This document shows, piece after piece, positions 8,804 to 18,320 of a stretch of 64,000 bases of DNA (the stretch's first letter is position 1; every line of letters starts with the position of its first letter). The stretch spans positions 13,899-77,898 of the forward strand of contig JBAYYP010000003.1 of the NCBI GenBank assembly GCA_041672955.1, in the 5' to 3' direction. Source of the stretch: Arcobacteraceae bacterium (GTDB lineage Bacteria; Campylobacterota; Campylobacteria; Campylobacterales; Arcobacteraceae). Made by a program: the position numbers and the translations under genes. The notes beneath the pieces were generated by a model. It had not been told where the DNA came from and did not search any database. It saw only the letters and a list, made by a program, of their open reading frames with translations.

Positions 8804-10549
8804 TCATTTAATTATTTTTTCTAAATCACTTATGTTTGTGACTTCCCCTTTTATTAAATCATAGTGCTTATGTGAAAAGCTGATTTTTGTGTTTTCTAAA
8901 ATGGATTCAATTTTGTAAAGTTCCTTCTGTAAATCAAAATGCTCTTCATTTAGAATAATAAAATAATCTCCAAAGATTCTAAAAATCATTGCTTTTTTGC
9001 TAATATAACTTAGCTCTCTTGCGATATTCTTTAAAATCTCATCACCCTCTTGCCAACCGTATTTTTTGTTATATGCAGAAAATTTGTGTAAAGATATAGA
9101 GTTAAGACAAGCTACATTAAACTCTTTTTCACTGGTATATCCTAGAACATAAGTTAAATAATCTATATTATAAAGTTCTGTTATGGGGTCTCTGTAAAAA
9201 TAAGAGAATCTCTCTTTTTCTATTTTTGTTTTTGGGATTTGATTGATATTTAAATCTATATGCACATCTTTAAGTGCAATTAATGCATGTTTAACTATTT
9301 TAGGATGGAACTGTTTACCTGAGAAATCTTCTAACTCTTGAAGTGCTAACTTGACATTTTTTCTGGCTTTGTAAATTCTGTTTGTAGTCATAGCGTCAAA
9401 GGCATCGGCTACAATCATAATTTGTGAACCAATAGGTATATCATCGCCTTTAAGTCCATAAGGATAACCCGTGCCATCATATTTTTCATGATGATATTTT
9501 ACTATTTTGGCAATATTTTGATAAATATCTATCTCTTTTAAAATTTCATAGCTTGTTACTACATGCTCTTTAATAATTTCAAACTCAAGTTCGGAGAGTT
9601 TTCCAGGTTTAAGTAAAATAGAATCTGGAGTAGAAATTTTCCCAATATCATGAAGCATACACGCTTTGTAGAGTTCATCTTCTTGATCTTGTGAATAGCC
9701 CATCTCTTTGGCTATGAGGATAGAGTATTTTGCAACTCGTTGCGTGTGTCCTGCTGTATAGCTGTCTCTTTTTTCTATCATACTGACCATTGAAAAAATA
9801 TTTTGTTCATAGTTTTTTACTCTTCTTGCAATCTCTTTTTTTGCAAATTTTCTTCCATATATAATAGCTATTGTACCAAGCATCCATATGAAAAAAGTGA
9901 AAGAAAAATATATAACCGAAAATGAAAAAGCTTCTTTTCTGTATTTTTTCATAGGTATAGAAACAGAGACAGCCCCTCTTATATCTCCTACTTTGTACCC
10001 TTGTGCACCATGACATTTTAAGCAAGACTCATCAGTAATTAAAGGATTAATATAACGAAGATGTGGCTCTCCCTCTATATTAGTTACTCTTGAAACAGCA
10101 TTTCTGCTTGTTTCTATTATCTCTAAGGCCTCTTTTTCCCAATCATCAGCAACATTTTTTGGATTTAATACTATCTTGCTTGTAATATGACCTTTTGTCC
10201 CATAAAATTCAGAGTACTGTTCCATCATTTGTGAAAGCGTATATGCTGGATTCATTAAAGTAAGATGTTGATTGGAAGTAGTATTAACATCTCTGTCTTT
10301 TACATGAGCCAGATATTCATTTGGGGGAGTCTCTTTGGTTATTGGTACATATACACCGCCATGCGAAGCTACCCATGCACGATATGCCAAATCTTTTTTA
10401 ACACTTATTTCTGCTTCATTGAAAGCCAATCTATTAGCGTATTCGTATTCGCTGTGGACTAAAAATGATGTCAGAAAAATGAGTAAAAAAGTCCAAAATA
10501 AGAAGATATAAAATGCAATTTTATCGATTAGTTTTTTTTGTATATTCAT
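8804..10549 (-). CDS. Membrane sensor with periplasmic DUF3365/Tll0287-like haem-c domain, HD-GYP phosphodiesterase and degenerate GGDEF domain
   Basis: Two TM helices; HGGVYVP, LMNPAY and CLKCH; HDIGKI and HHEKYDGTGYP; FGDYF in place of GGDEF. Confidence 0.8.
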   Translation of the reverse strand: MNIQKKLIDKIAFYIFLFWTFLLIFLTSFLVHSEYEYANRLAFNEAEISVKKDLAYRAWVASHGGVYVPITKETPPNEYLAHVKDRDVNTTSNQHLTLMNPAYTLSQMMEQYSEFYGTKGHITSKIVLNPKNVADDWEKEALEIIETSRNAVSRVTNIEGEPHLRYINPLITDESCLKCHGAQGYKVGDIRGAVSVSIPMKKYRKEAFSFSVIYFSFTFFIWMLGTIAIIYGRKFAKKEIARRVKNYEQNIFSMVSMIEKRDSYTAGHTQRVAKYSILIAKEMGYSQDQEDELYKACMLHDIGKISTPDSILLKPGKLSELEFEIIKEHVVTSYEILKEIDIYQNIAKIVKYHHEKYDGTGYPYGLKGDDIPIGSQIMIVADAFDAMTTNRIYKARKNVKLALQELEDFSGKQFHPKIVKHALIALKDVHIDLNINQIPKTKIEKERFSYFYRDPITELYNIDYLTYVLGYTSEKEFNVACLNSISLHKFSAYNKKYGWQEGDEILKNIARELSYISKKAMIFRIFGDYFIILNEEHFDLQKELYKIESILENTKISFSHKHYDLIKGEVTNISDLEKIIK

Positions 10550-10551
10550 AA

Positions 10552-10973
<422 letters not shown>

Positions 10974-10974
<1 letters not shown>

Positions 10975-11987
10975 TGCAAAATAAAATTACGATAATAACT
11001 CCTTTGGATATGCATCTTCACTTAAGAGATGAAAAGATGCTTGAGCTTGTAGCTCCTTTAACCGCAAAAACATTTAGTGCAGCTTTAATTATGCCTAATT
11101 TAGTTCCACCTCTTATAACAAAAGAAGCTTTGCTTTCGTATAAACAAAGAATTAAAGCAGCAACAAAAGAGGAAACATTTGAACCGTATATGACTCTGTT
11201 TTTTCAACACTATTCATATGAGTTTTTAGAAGAGATAAAAGAGCATATTATTGGAATTAAACTCTACCCTGCCGGAATTACTACAAATTCTGAAACAGGA
11301 GTTTCTTTGCTTGATAGCCAAAGCTTAAGACCCACGCTTGAAGCCATGAGCGAGTTGGGAATTCCTTTGTGCGTTCATGGAGAAACAAATGGTTTTGTAA
11401 TGGACAGAGAGCAAGAGTTTATGCCTATTTATGAAGATTTGGCAAAAAACTTTCCCAACTTAAAAATTATAATGGAACACATTACTACAAAAGCAGCAGT
11501 AGATTTGTTAGATAAATATGAAAACCTATATGCCACTATTACGGTGCAACATCTTTTAATAACGCTAGATGATGTAGCAGGGGGAATGTTAAAGCCGCAT
11601 TTGTTTTGTAAACCCATAGCAAAACGCTATGAAGACAGAGAAGCACTGCAAAAAGTTGCTCTTAATGCACACCCAAAAATAATGTTTGGAAGCGACTCAG
11701 CCCCACACCCAAAAGAAAAAAAAGAGTCATGTGGATGTGCTGCTGGAGTTTTTACAGCACCCATCGCCTTACAAGTATTAGCACAATTTTTTGAAGAACA
11801 TGAAAACCTAGAAAACCTACAAGCATTTGTAAGCGATAACGCATTAAAAATCTACGGAATTACTCCGCCAAAAAAAGAGATTACACTTATTAAAAAAGAA
11901 TTTCAAGTACCTGAAAGCTATAGTAATGAAAGTGAAATAGTTGTACCTATGTATGCGGGTGAAACAATTTCGTGGAGCGTTTGTTAG
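10974..11987 (+). CDS. pyrC: Dihydroorotase
   Basis: [29 protein letters not shown]. Confidence 0.95.
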
Positions 11988-11992
11988 CTGCT

Positions 11993-12048
11993 AGTGAATA
12001 GTGCTTGATGATTAGTGAATTTTTCACTTTTCATTTTTCACTTTTCAT
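11993..12048. repeat. Heptamer tandem repeats forming an imperfect hairpin between convergent pyrC and fliM
   Basis: AGTGAAT-like x4 followed by TTTTCA(C/T) x4. Confidence 0.6.
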
Positions 12049-12053
12049 TTATG

Positions 12054-13151
12054 CTAATACTTGTTTCTCTCTTCAAGAAGTTTTTTAACGCTTTCGTTTT
12101 GTTCTTTTTGATACTCAACTCTCTCTTGTCGCATATTTCTTAGAATTTCAAGTGTTTCTTGTTTTTCGTGGTCAATATTAGATTTGATTTGAATAGCTTT
12201 TCTGCCACTTGAGAGTCCACATACGGATAAAAATTTCTCTTTATTGTTAATATAAAGTTTTGCAGTAGGAGAGGTGGCATTTTTATTGAAAACTATTACA
12301 TCTTCTTCTTTTAAGTTTAAAATATCAAAGACACTCAGTTCTGTTTCTGCCATAACTGCTTCAATATACATTTTTGCACCAGAAATAAGTGTGGTAATAT
12401 CTTTTTTCTTACTCATCTTTTTATTACGGCCCTCTGCAAAAATCTTCTCAACGATTTTATTTAGCAACATTTCAATATAGGAAATAGGGTAACAAATGGA
12501 TAAAAACCCTGAATCTTCATCAATCGTAATTTCTAAAACCACAAGTAGTACAATTTCGTGGTCGGAAATTACTTGAATGGCATTGGCATTGGTGTCTCGT
12601 GATTCTATTTTAAAATTAATTCGAGTAATTTCATTCCATGATTTTTGCATATGGGTAACAAGTACTTTGTAAAAATGCTCAAAAATCTCTACTTCAATTT
12701 CCGTTAACTCTCTGTCTAAATTATCACTTGCAGCAATGGCACCACTTCCTAGAAGTTCAGCAATGATTTTATGAGAAATACCAGGGTTACACTCTGCTAC
12801 TATTCTTCCATCTAGTGGGCGAAGTGAAAGTGTAATTAGTGAAGTAAGTTGCGGGATGGATAAAATAAACTCCCCGTAAGTCATTTGTTCAATGGAATAA
12901 AGTTTAATATCTACGATTTTCCTAAGCATTGCAGATAAATCGGTAATTAAATCTCGTAACATTTTGTCATGTAGGGTCGAGAAGGCTTTAAACTGTTCGT
13001 TGGAGATACGATTTGGTTTTTTAAAGTCATAAATAGAGTAGTTTTTCTCTTTAGAAACAAGTTTTTCTTCTTGTTCTCCATCTATATCCTCGCCTTGTTC
13101 TGCTATATCTAGTAGTGCATCAATTTCATCTTGACTTAAAAATTCAGCCAT
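12054..13151 (-). CDS. fliM: Flagellar motor switch protein FliM
   Basis: N-terminal LSQDEIDALL CheY-binding peptide; YDFKKPNR; QMTYGEF; SpoA-like C-terminus. Confidence 0.95.
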   Translation of the reverse strand: MAEFLSQDEIDALLDIAEQGEDIDGEQEEKLVSKEKNYSIYDFKKPNRISNEQFKAFSTLHDKMLRDLITDLSAMLRKIVDIKLYSIEQMTYGEFILSIPQLTSLITLSLRPLDGRIVAECNPGISHKIIAELLGSGAIAASDNLDRELTEIEVEIFEHFYKVLVTHMQKSWNEITRINFKIESRDTNANAIQVISDHEIVLLVVLEITIDEDSGFLSICYPISYIEMLLNKIVEKIFAEGRNKKMSKKKDITTLISGAKMYIEAVMAETELSVFDILNLKEEDVIVFNKNATSPTAKLYINNKEKFLSVCGLSSGRKAIQIKSNIDHEKQETLEILRNMRQERVEYQKEQNESVKKLLEERNKY

Positions 13152-13152
13152 A

Positions 13153-14202
13153 TTATCCTCTTATTTCCATTTCAACATCGATTGCACCTAAGTCTCTTAA
13201 CATTTTAATAGCATCTATAATATCGGTAATAGGAAGTTTCATTACCTTCATAGCACGCATTAAATCAGAGATGGTGGGTTCTTTTTTGGTGTTAACTAAA
13301 GCATTGTCCAGATTAACTACAACGGGTTTTTGATCCATTTTGACATCATCACCAATATCTCTTCCTTGATTAAGTGCTGGGTCATCCCACTGCTTTTCAT
13401 TTAATAGACTTTGCTTAATACGAATAGTAAAAGAATTTTTAGTAATAGTAACGGGTTTAATAACCACATCGCCTCCTACAATTATCGTCTCTTTTTTAGT
13501 ATCAATAATAATCTTTTGCTTATAAGAAGAGTCAATTTCAAGGTTTTGTATAATAGCCAAAAACTTTACAATAGAGATATTCTCAGGCTTAGTAGCAACA
13601 ATAGTTCGTGTGTCTATAGCTTGAGCTGTATTTAATCCAAACTCTTGATTTATTCTGGTTTCTATTAAATCTGCATTTTTAGCATCAGATTTAAACAAGC
13701 TTAGAGTTATCTCTTTCTCTTCTTGCAAAGAAAAATCCAACTCATTCTCAATAGTTGCCCCATTGTAAATAAGTCCGGTGGTTTTATTATCTTGCGATAA
13801 AATAGTTCCTTGCCCTAGTGCATAGACATTGCCATCGACCCCTTTTAATTGCGTTAAAAGAAGTTCACCTTGGTCAATGGATTTAGCATCGCCAATGGCT
13901 GAAACTTTGACTTCTATTTTATCCCCTTGCCGTGAAAATGCAGGAAGTTCCGCTGTAACCATAACGGCTGCTATGTTTTTTGAGTTAATAGAAGAGGTGG
14001 GAATTTTAATGTAAGAGTTACGAAGCAAGTTTTGTAAACTTTGCATGGTAAACTTACTTTTATCTCCCGTTCCAGCAAGTCCAACTACTAAACCATAGCC
14101 TATGAGTTGGTTTTTTCGTATTCCAACAACCGAAGAGACATCTTTAATGGTTTGAGCATTCAAAAAAGTGATAAATAGAAGTAAAGACAGGAGATATTTC
14201 AA
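13153..14202 (-). CDS. flgI: Flagellar P-ring protein
   Basis: Signal peptide; GIRKNQLIGYGLVVGLAGTGD; NIAAVMVTAELP. Confidence 0.95.
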   Translation of the reverse strand: MKYLLSLLLFITFLNAQTIKDVSSVVGIRKNQLIGYGLVVGLAGTGDKSKFTMQSLQNLLRNSYIKIPTSSINSKNIAAVMVTAELPAFSRQGDKIEVKVSAIGDAKSIDQGELLLTQLKGVDGNVYALGQGTILSQDNKTTGLIYNGATIENELDFSLQEEKEITLSLFKSDAKNADLIETRINQEFGLNTAQAIDTRTIVATKPENISIVKFLAIIQNLEIDSSYKQKIIIDTKKETIIVGGDVVIKPVTITKNSFTIRIKQSLLNEKQWDDPALNQGRDIGDDVKMDQKPVVVNLDNALVNTKKEPTISDLMRAMKVMKLPITDIIDAIKMLRDLGAIDVEMEIRG

Positions 14203-14294
14203 TGCAAACCCTCATTTGTGTTAATTGGTTTGATTTTATCTAAAATTTTATAAAAAGTAGGTATAATATTAGGAAAAATCAGTTAAGGTTATGC

Positions 14295-15362
14295 GTGACG
14301 ATATATATTTACGGCAGCAAAAGTTTTAAAAACACTATTCAAAAAGTTTTCGAACAAGCTAATATGAAATTTAGACTAAGCAAAGATGATGCTATACTTG
14401 AGCTTAGCTCTTTGAAAAAGCTTAAAGATGCCATTGAAGAAAATCCCAGTAATATATTTCTTATTGATGATGATAAAATTATTAAAAAAAACTCCTTAAA
14501 TGATAAAATTAAGTTCCTTAAACCCAAAGACGGTATTGAAGAAGAGTTCTTAAAAGAGTATGGCATTGGCGATTTAAGTGTTGATGAGATTGAAGATATA
14601 GCAACGCAAGTTATTAAAAAATTAGAACAAGAGCATGTGTTAAAGCAGAAACAAAAAGAACAAGCCCTTGAAGAGCAAAAGCAGGTAAAAGAAAATAAGC
14701 CTAAAGATGAACACAAAAAAGATGAGTATAGATTTATACACGGGCATACTAAAGAAAATTTAACAATAAAAGAAGCGTTAGAAGAAGATAAAAACAGATT
14801 TTTTGCAACAGATGCTCAAGAAGATGAAGAACTGCTAGAAAACCAAGAAGAAGCTGACGATGATTTTGATATTGATGATTTTCTAAATGAAAATGAAGAG
14901 TTGGAAGATGATTTTTTAGAGAGTTTAGATTATGGAATTGAAGAAGAGTTACCTGAAGAAAAGACGGAAATAAATGATGAAAAGAAAAGTTCTCAAGCAG
15001 AAACACTTTTTAAGAACACTATAAATGACAACTTAGAAGAAGAAGATTTTGAAATAACCGTTGAGAAAATTGATGAAATCGAGAAAATTGATGAAATCGA
15101 AAAAAATGAGGAAACCGAAAAAAAAGGGGAAAACACAATGGCAGATGAATTTTCTGAACTAGACAGCTTAAATGAAAATGAACTTTTAGAAGCGTTAAAT
15201 GAGACAAGTACAAATAACGTTCAAGAAAGCAGCCAAAAAAGTAGTCAAAAAGTAGGGGCTGAGGTTGAATTAAATAGTAGCAGGATTAATGAAATATCTA
15301 CATTAATTGCACAGCTATTAAATAATAAAACTTTGGAGATAACCATTAAAATTAAAGAGTAA
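14295..15362 (+). CDS. Highly acidic protein with a receiver-like N-terminus (ChePep-like by architecture)
   Basis: Glu/Asp-rich low-complexity centre; alpha/beta N-terminus with FLIDDD; C-terminal LEITIKIKE; first gene of a flagellar operon. Confidence 0.45.
   Translation: MTIYIYGSKSFKNTIQKVFEQANMKFRLSKDDAILELSSLKKLKDAIEENPSNIFLIDDDKIIKKNSLNDKIKFLKPKDGIEEEFLKEYGIGDLSVDEIEDIATQVIKKLEQEHVLKQKQKEQALEEQKQVKENKPKDEHKKDEYRFIHGHTKENLTIKEALEEDKNRFFATDAQEDEELLENQEEADDDFDIDDFLNENEELEDDFLESLDYGIEEELPEEKTEINDEKKSSQAETLFKNTINDNLEEEDFEITVEKIDEIEKIDEIEKNEETEKKGENTMADEFSELDSLNENELLEALNETSTNNVQESSQKSSQKVGAEVELNSSRINEISTLIAQLLNNKTLEITIKIKE
15063..15116 (+). repeat. In-frame 18-bp tandem repeat (EKIDEI x2 plus a degenerate third copy)
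   Basis: GAGAAAATTGATGAAATC twice, then GAAAAAAATGAGGAAACC. Confidence 0.85.
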
Positions 15363-15366
15363 ACTA

Positions 15367-15627
15367 ATGGATTTACTAGGAATTGCTGAAAATACTATCC
15401 GAATTATCTTAATTTTAGGGCTGCCATCACTGCTAGTAAGTATGGTAATTGGACTTTTAATTAGTATTTTCCAAGCCGTAACACAAGTTAGTGATGCTTC
15501 ATTAACTTTTGTTCCTAAAATGGTTCTTGTATCAACCTTTATTTTAATTGCATTGCCGTGGATGGGTGAAAACGTTCACACCTATGCCAAAGAGTTATGG
15601 GATCTTATTTTGATTTTTGGAGAGTAG
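15367..15627 (+). CDS. fliQ: Flagellar export protein FliQ
   Basis: GLLISIFQAVTQV..LTFVPK; 86 aa. Confidence 0.95.
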   Translation: MDLLGIAENTIRIILILGLPSLLVSMVIGLLISIFQAVTQVSDASLTFVPKMVLVSTFILIALPWMGENVHTYAKELWDLILIFGE

Positions 15628-15630
15628 ATT

Positions 15631-16035
15631 ATGATAAAAAAATTACTTAATCTAAAGAAAATGCAAACAGATCAAAAAATAGTTGAGCGTGTGAAAATGC
15701 AAAACAGAGTAGAAGAGCTAGAAGCTGAAATCATGCTAACTAACCGTCAAATTGCAACTACAAGTGTTAATAAACATGGGGCCATTTCTGATTTCGCTAT
15801 TTTACAAATACACAAAAATACCATGAATGCACATATTGCAAAACTTAAGGTGATTAAAAATAGATTACTTCAAAAAATAGATAAAGCCAATGAAGAGTTA
15901 AAGGAGTTACTAAAAGAGAGTGAGCAATTTGATTATTTGGTACAAGAACAAAAAAAAATAGAGTTAAAAGAGTTGCTTAAAAAAGAAGAAGAAGCAACTG
16001 CTGAATATATGTTAAGTAAATTTGTTGCAAGCTAG
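15631..16035 (+). CDS. Coiled-coil protein, FliJ-like
   Basis: About 134 aa, all-helical, KESEQFDYL...EEE pattern; flagellar context. Confidence 0.55.
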   Translation: MIKKLLNLKKMQTDQKIVERVKMQNRVEELEAEIMLTNRQIATTSVNKHGAISDFAILQIHKNTMNAHIAKLKVIKNRLLQKIDKANEELKELLKESEQFDYLVQEQKKIELKELLKKEEEATAEYMLSKFVAS

Positions 16036-16043
16036 GAGATAAA

Positions 16044-16529
16044 ATGCTAAAACTAATTATAATTTTGTTGAGTGTTTTATATTTGAATGCAGCTCCTCAA
16101 GATGAAATGTCAACTATAAAAGAAAAAAATGAAGTTATTGCGCTTAAAGAAGAGTTAACTATTTTTTACAATAAAAAAGAGAGTGATTACCAAAAAAACA
16201 AACAAGAGCTTGAACAGCTTTTAAAAACAATAGAGAAAGAAAAAAAAGAAGTTGCTTTTTTGCATCAGCAAAATGAGACGATTTTAAAAGATATTCAAGG
16301 TGAAGTAGAAAGTAAAACGGCAAAAATTTTTGATACAATGAAGCCTAAAATAGCAGCAACCATTTTTAACCAAATGATAAATGAGGGGAAAATTGAAGAT
16401 GTTTTTGATATAATCATAAAACTTAAAGAGAGAAATGTGACTGTATTAATGAAGTTTTTAGAAGTAGAACACGCAGCACTTATTACAGAAAAATTAAAAA
16501 ATTATAAAAGTAACAGCACTAATAATTAA
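16044..16529 (+). CDS. MotE/FlbB-like periplasmic flagellar protein
   Basis: Signal peptide, coiled coil, AKIFDTMKPKIAATIF motif. Confidence 0.65.
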   Translation: MLKLIIILLSVLYLNAAPQDEMSTIKEKNEVIALKEELTIFYNKKESDYQKNKQELEQLLKTIEKEKKEVAFLHQQNETILKDIQGEVESKTAKIFDTMKPKIAATIFNQMINEGKIEDVFDIIIKLKERNVTVLMKFLEVEHAALITEKLKNYKSNSTNN

Positions 16530-16543
16530 AGAAAGGGTTTTAT

Positions 16544-17074
16544 ATGGCAGATGAAGAAGTAGCAGTACAAGCGCAAAAATCAGGCGGTAAAGGAGTATTT
16601 ATTGCATTAATTGCATTAGTTGTAATTTTATTATTGGTTGTTGCAGGAGGCGGTTATTTGTTTTATCAAAACAGTGTAAAAGCCAGTCAAGTTGCTTCTG
16701 AAAATGGTTCAAGTCCTGTTGATGAAAAAGTCTATAAAGATTTTTATAAAGTACAGATTAATGACATGGTTTTAAATATTACCAATTCAAAAGGAAGAGA
16801 AAAGCTTATGAAGCTCTCCTTTACTATGAACAGTATTGAGGATGATATTGAACAACTTATGGATGAAAATAAACCTGAAATTATTGATTTGGTTATTTCA
16901 TTAATTAGTTCAAGAAACTCTGAAGAACTTTTAACGGTTGGAGGCAAAGAGCTTTTAAAAGAGGAGCTTATTCAAGAGGTTAATAATATTTTAAATCGAG
17001 CCATTGGAGATAGCAGTAAATACCATAAAAATAGCATAAAAAATATCTTTTTTACTGCGTTTGTTATTAAATAG
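16544..17074 (+). CDS. fliL: Flagellar basal body-associated protein FliL
   Basis: N-terminal TM helix; LLTVGGKELLKEEL; C-terminal IFFTAFVIK. Confidence 0.92.
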   Translation: MADEEVAVQAQKSGGKGVFIALIALVVILLLVVAGGGYLFYQNSVKASQVASENGSSPVDEKVYKDFYKVQINDMVLNITNSKGREKLMKLSFTMNSIEDDIEQLMDENKPEIIDLVISLISSRNSEELLTVGGKELLKEELIQEVNNILNRAIGDSSKYHKNSIKNIFFTAFVIK

Positions 17075-17082
17075 GATTAAAA

Positions 17083-17508
17083 ATGATAGTAGCCGTTAAG
17101 CGAACCAACTATACGAAACTTATTGTAAAAATTGTTGCTTTTGCAGCAGTAGTAGCTCTATTTACGGTCTACTATTTTCAATTAAGTGAGAAATTTAAAG
17201 GCGAAGAAGTTCAGCAAACACCTCAAGATGTTGAAAATGTACTTAAAGAGAAAAGAGCTTCAGATATAGAAACAGTTATTTTTGATGAAGCACAAATTGC
17301 GATTGAATTAATTGCTCAAGATAAAATAAGAACGATTAAAGTTATTGGGAGAAAGCTTTATATTGCAACCGACCCCGATGCTTCTTTAGATGCACTCATG
17401 GTGAGATACGGTGTTATGGCACTGGTTAAAACAAGTGTTAGCGACATAAAAATAGCCATTGATTTAAAGCAAATTGTTGAGAGTAAATATAATGTTTCTG
17501 GCTTATAA
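17083..17508 (+). CDS. Hypothetical single-TM protein in the flagellar operon
   Basis: RBS AGGA; one N-terminal TM helix; lies between fliL and flgH. Confidence 0.7.
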   Translation: MIVAVKRTNYTKLIVKIVAFAAVVALFTVYYFQLSEKFKGEEVQQTPQDVENVLKEKRASDIETVIFDEAQIAIELIAQDKIRTIKVIGRKLYIATDPDASLDALMVRYGVMALVKTSVSDIKIAIDLKQIVESKYNVSGL

Positions 17509-18202
17509 ACCATTTTTTTTAATTGCAGTAATATTTCTTTTTGTAGGGTGTGCTAAGGAAGAGTTAAACTTTGAGCAACCTGCCATTCAAATTCCTAAAG
17601 AACAAGCTAAGCCTGTAACTAAGAAAGGCTCTTTATATTCAATTCGAGGTGGTTCTTTATTTGCAGATAAAAAAGATTTGCAAATTGGCGATATTATTCA
17701 AGTTATTATTAACGAAGAGTTGCAATCAGACACCAGTAACAGCAGAACAACTTCTAATAATTCAAATGCTAATTTAAGAGGTGGAGCTATGGTTCCAAAT
17801 GCAAGTAATGTTAATCCAAATAGCACCGTTAATAGTATTGCCAATAAATTTAACAGCGTAACTGGGTTTGACGTAGGAGTGGGTTCTGACTCCTCTTTTA
17901 CTGGGAAAGCCAAAACTAAAATAGATGAGACTTTTGAAACTACTGTTTCTGTTATTATTGAACAAACTTATCAAAATGGGAATTATTTTATTAAAGGTTC
18001 AAAGCAAATGCTAATAGATGGGCAAAGCCAAGAGATTATTTTAAGTGGAGTAATAAGACCATATGATATTTCACCTGAAAATAGCGTGATGTCCTCACAA
18101 ATGGCTAATTTAAAGATTTTATACAGAAAAGATGGTGAAGAAAGAGATGCCCTACGAACACCATGGGGAACGAAGATATTAAAATCGCTATGGCCATTTT
18201 AA
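17492..18202 (+). CDS. flgH: Flagellar L-ring lipoprotein
   Basis: Lipobox FVGC; SLFADKKDLQIGDII; LSGVIRPYDI; C-terminal LWPF. Confidence 0.93.
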   Translation: MFLAYKPFFLIAVIFLFVGCAKEELNFEQPAIQIPKEQAKPVTKKGSLYSIRGGSLFADKKDLQIGDIIQVIINEELQSDTSNSRTTSNNSNANLRGGAMVPNASNVNPNSTVNSIANKFNSVTGFDVGVGSDSSFTGKAKTKIDETFETTVSVIIEQTYQNGNYFIKGSKQMLIDGQSQEIILSGVIRPYDISPENSVMSSQMANLKILYRKDGEERDALRTPWGTKILKSLWPF

Positions 18203-18320
18203 TAAATTTCAAAATTAAGTAAATTTTACTAAAATTTAAAATAACCATATTTTTTATAAAAAATAGTATATAATAGCTCAATAGAATTATTTAATCTAAC
18301 TTTTAGAAAAGGAGTACAAG

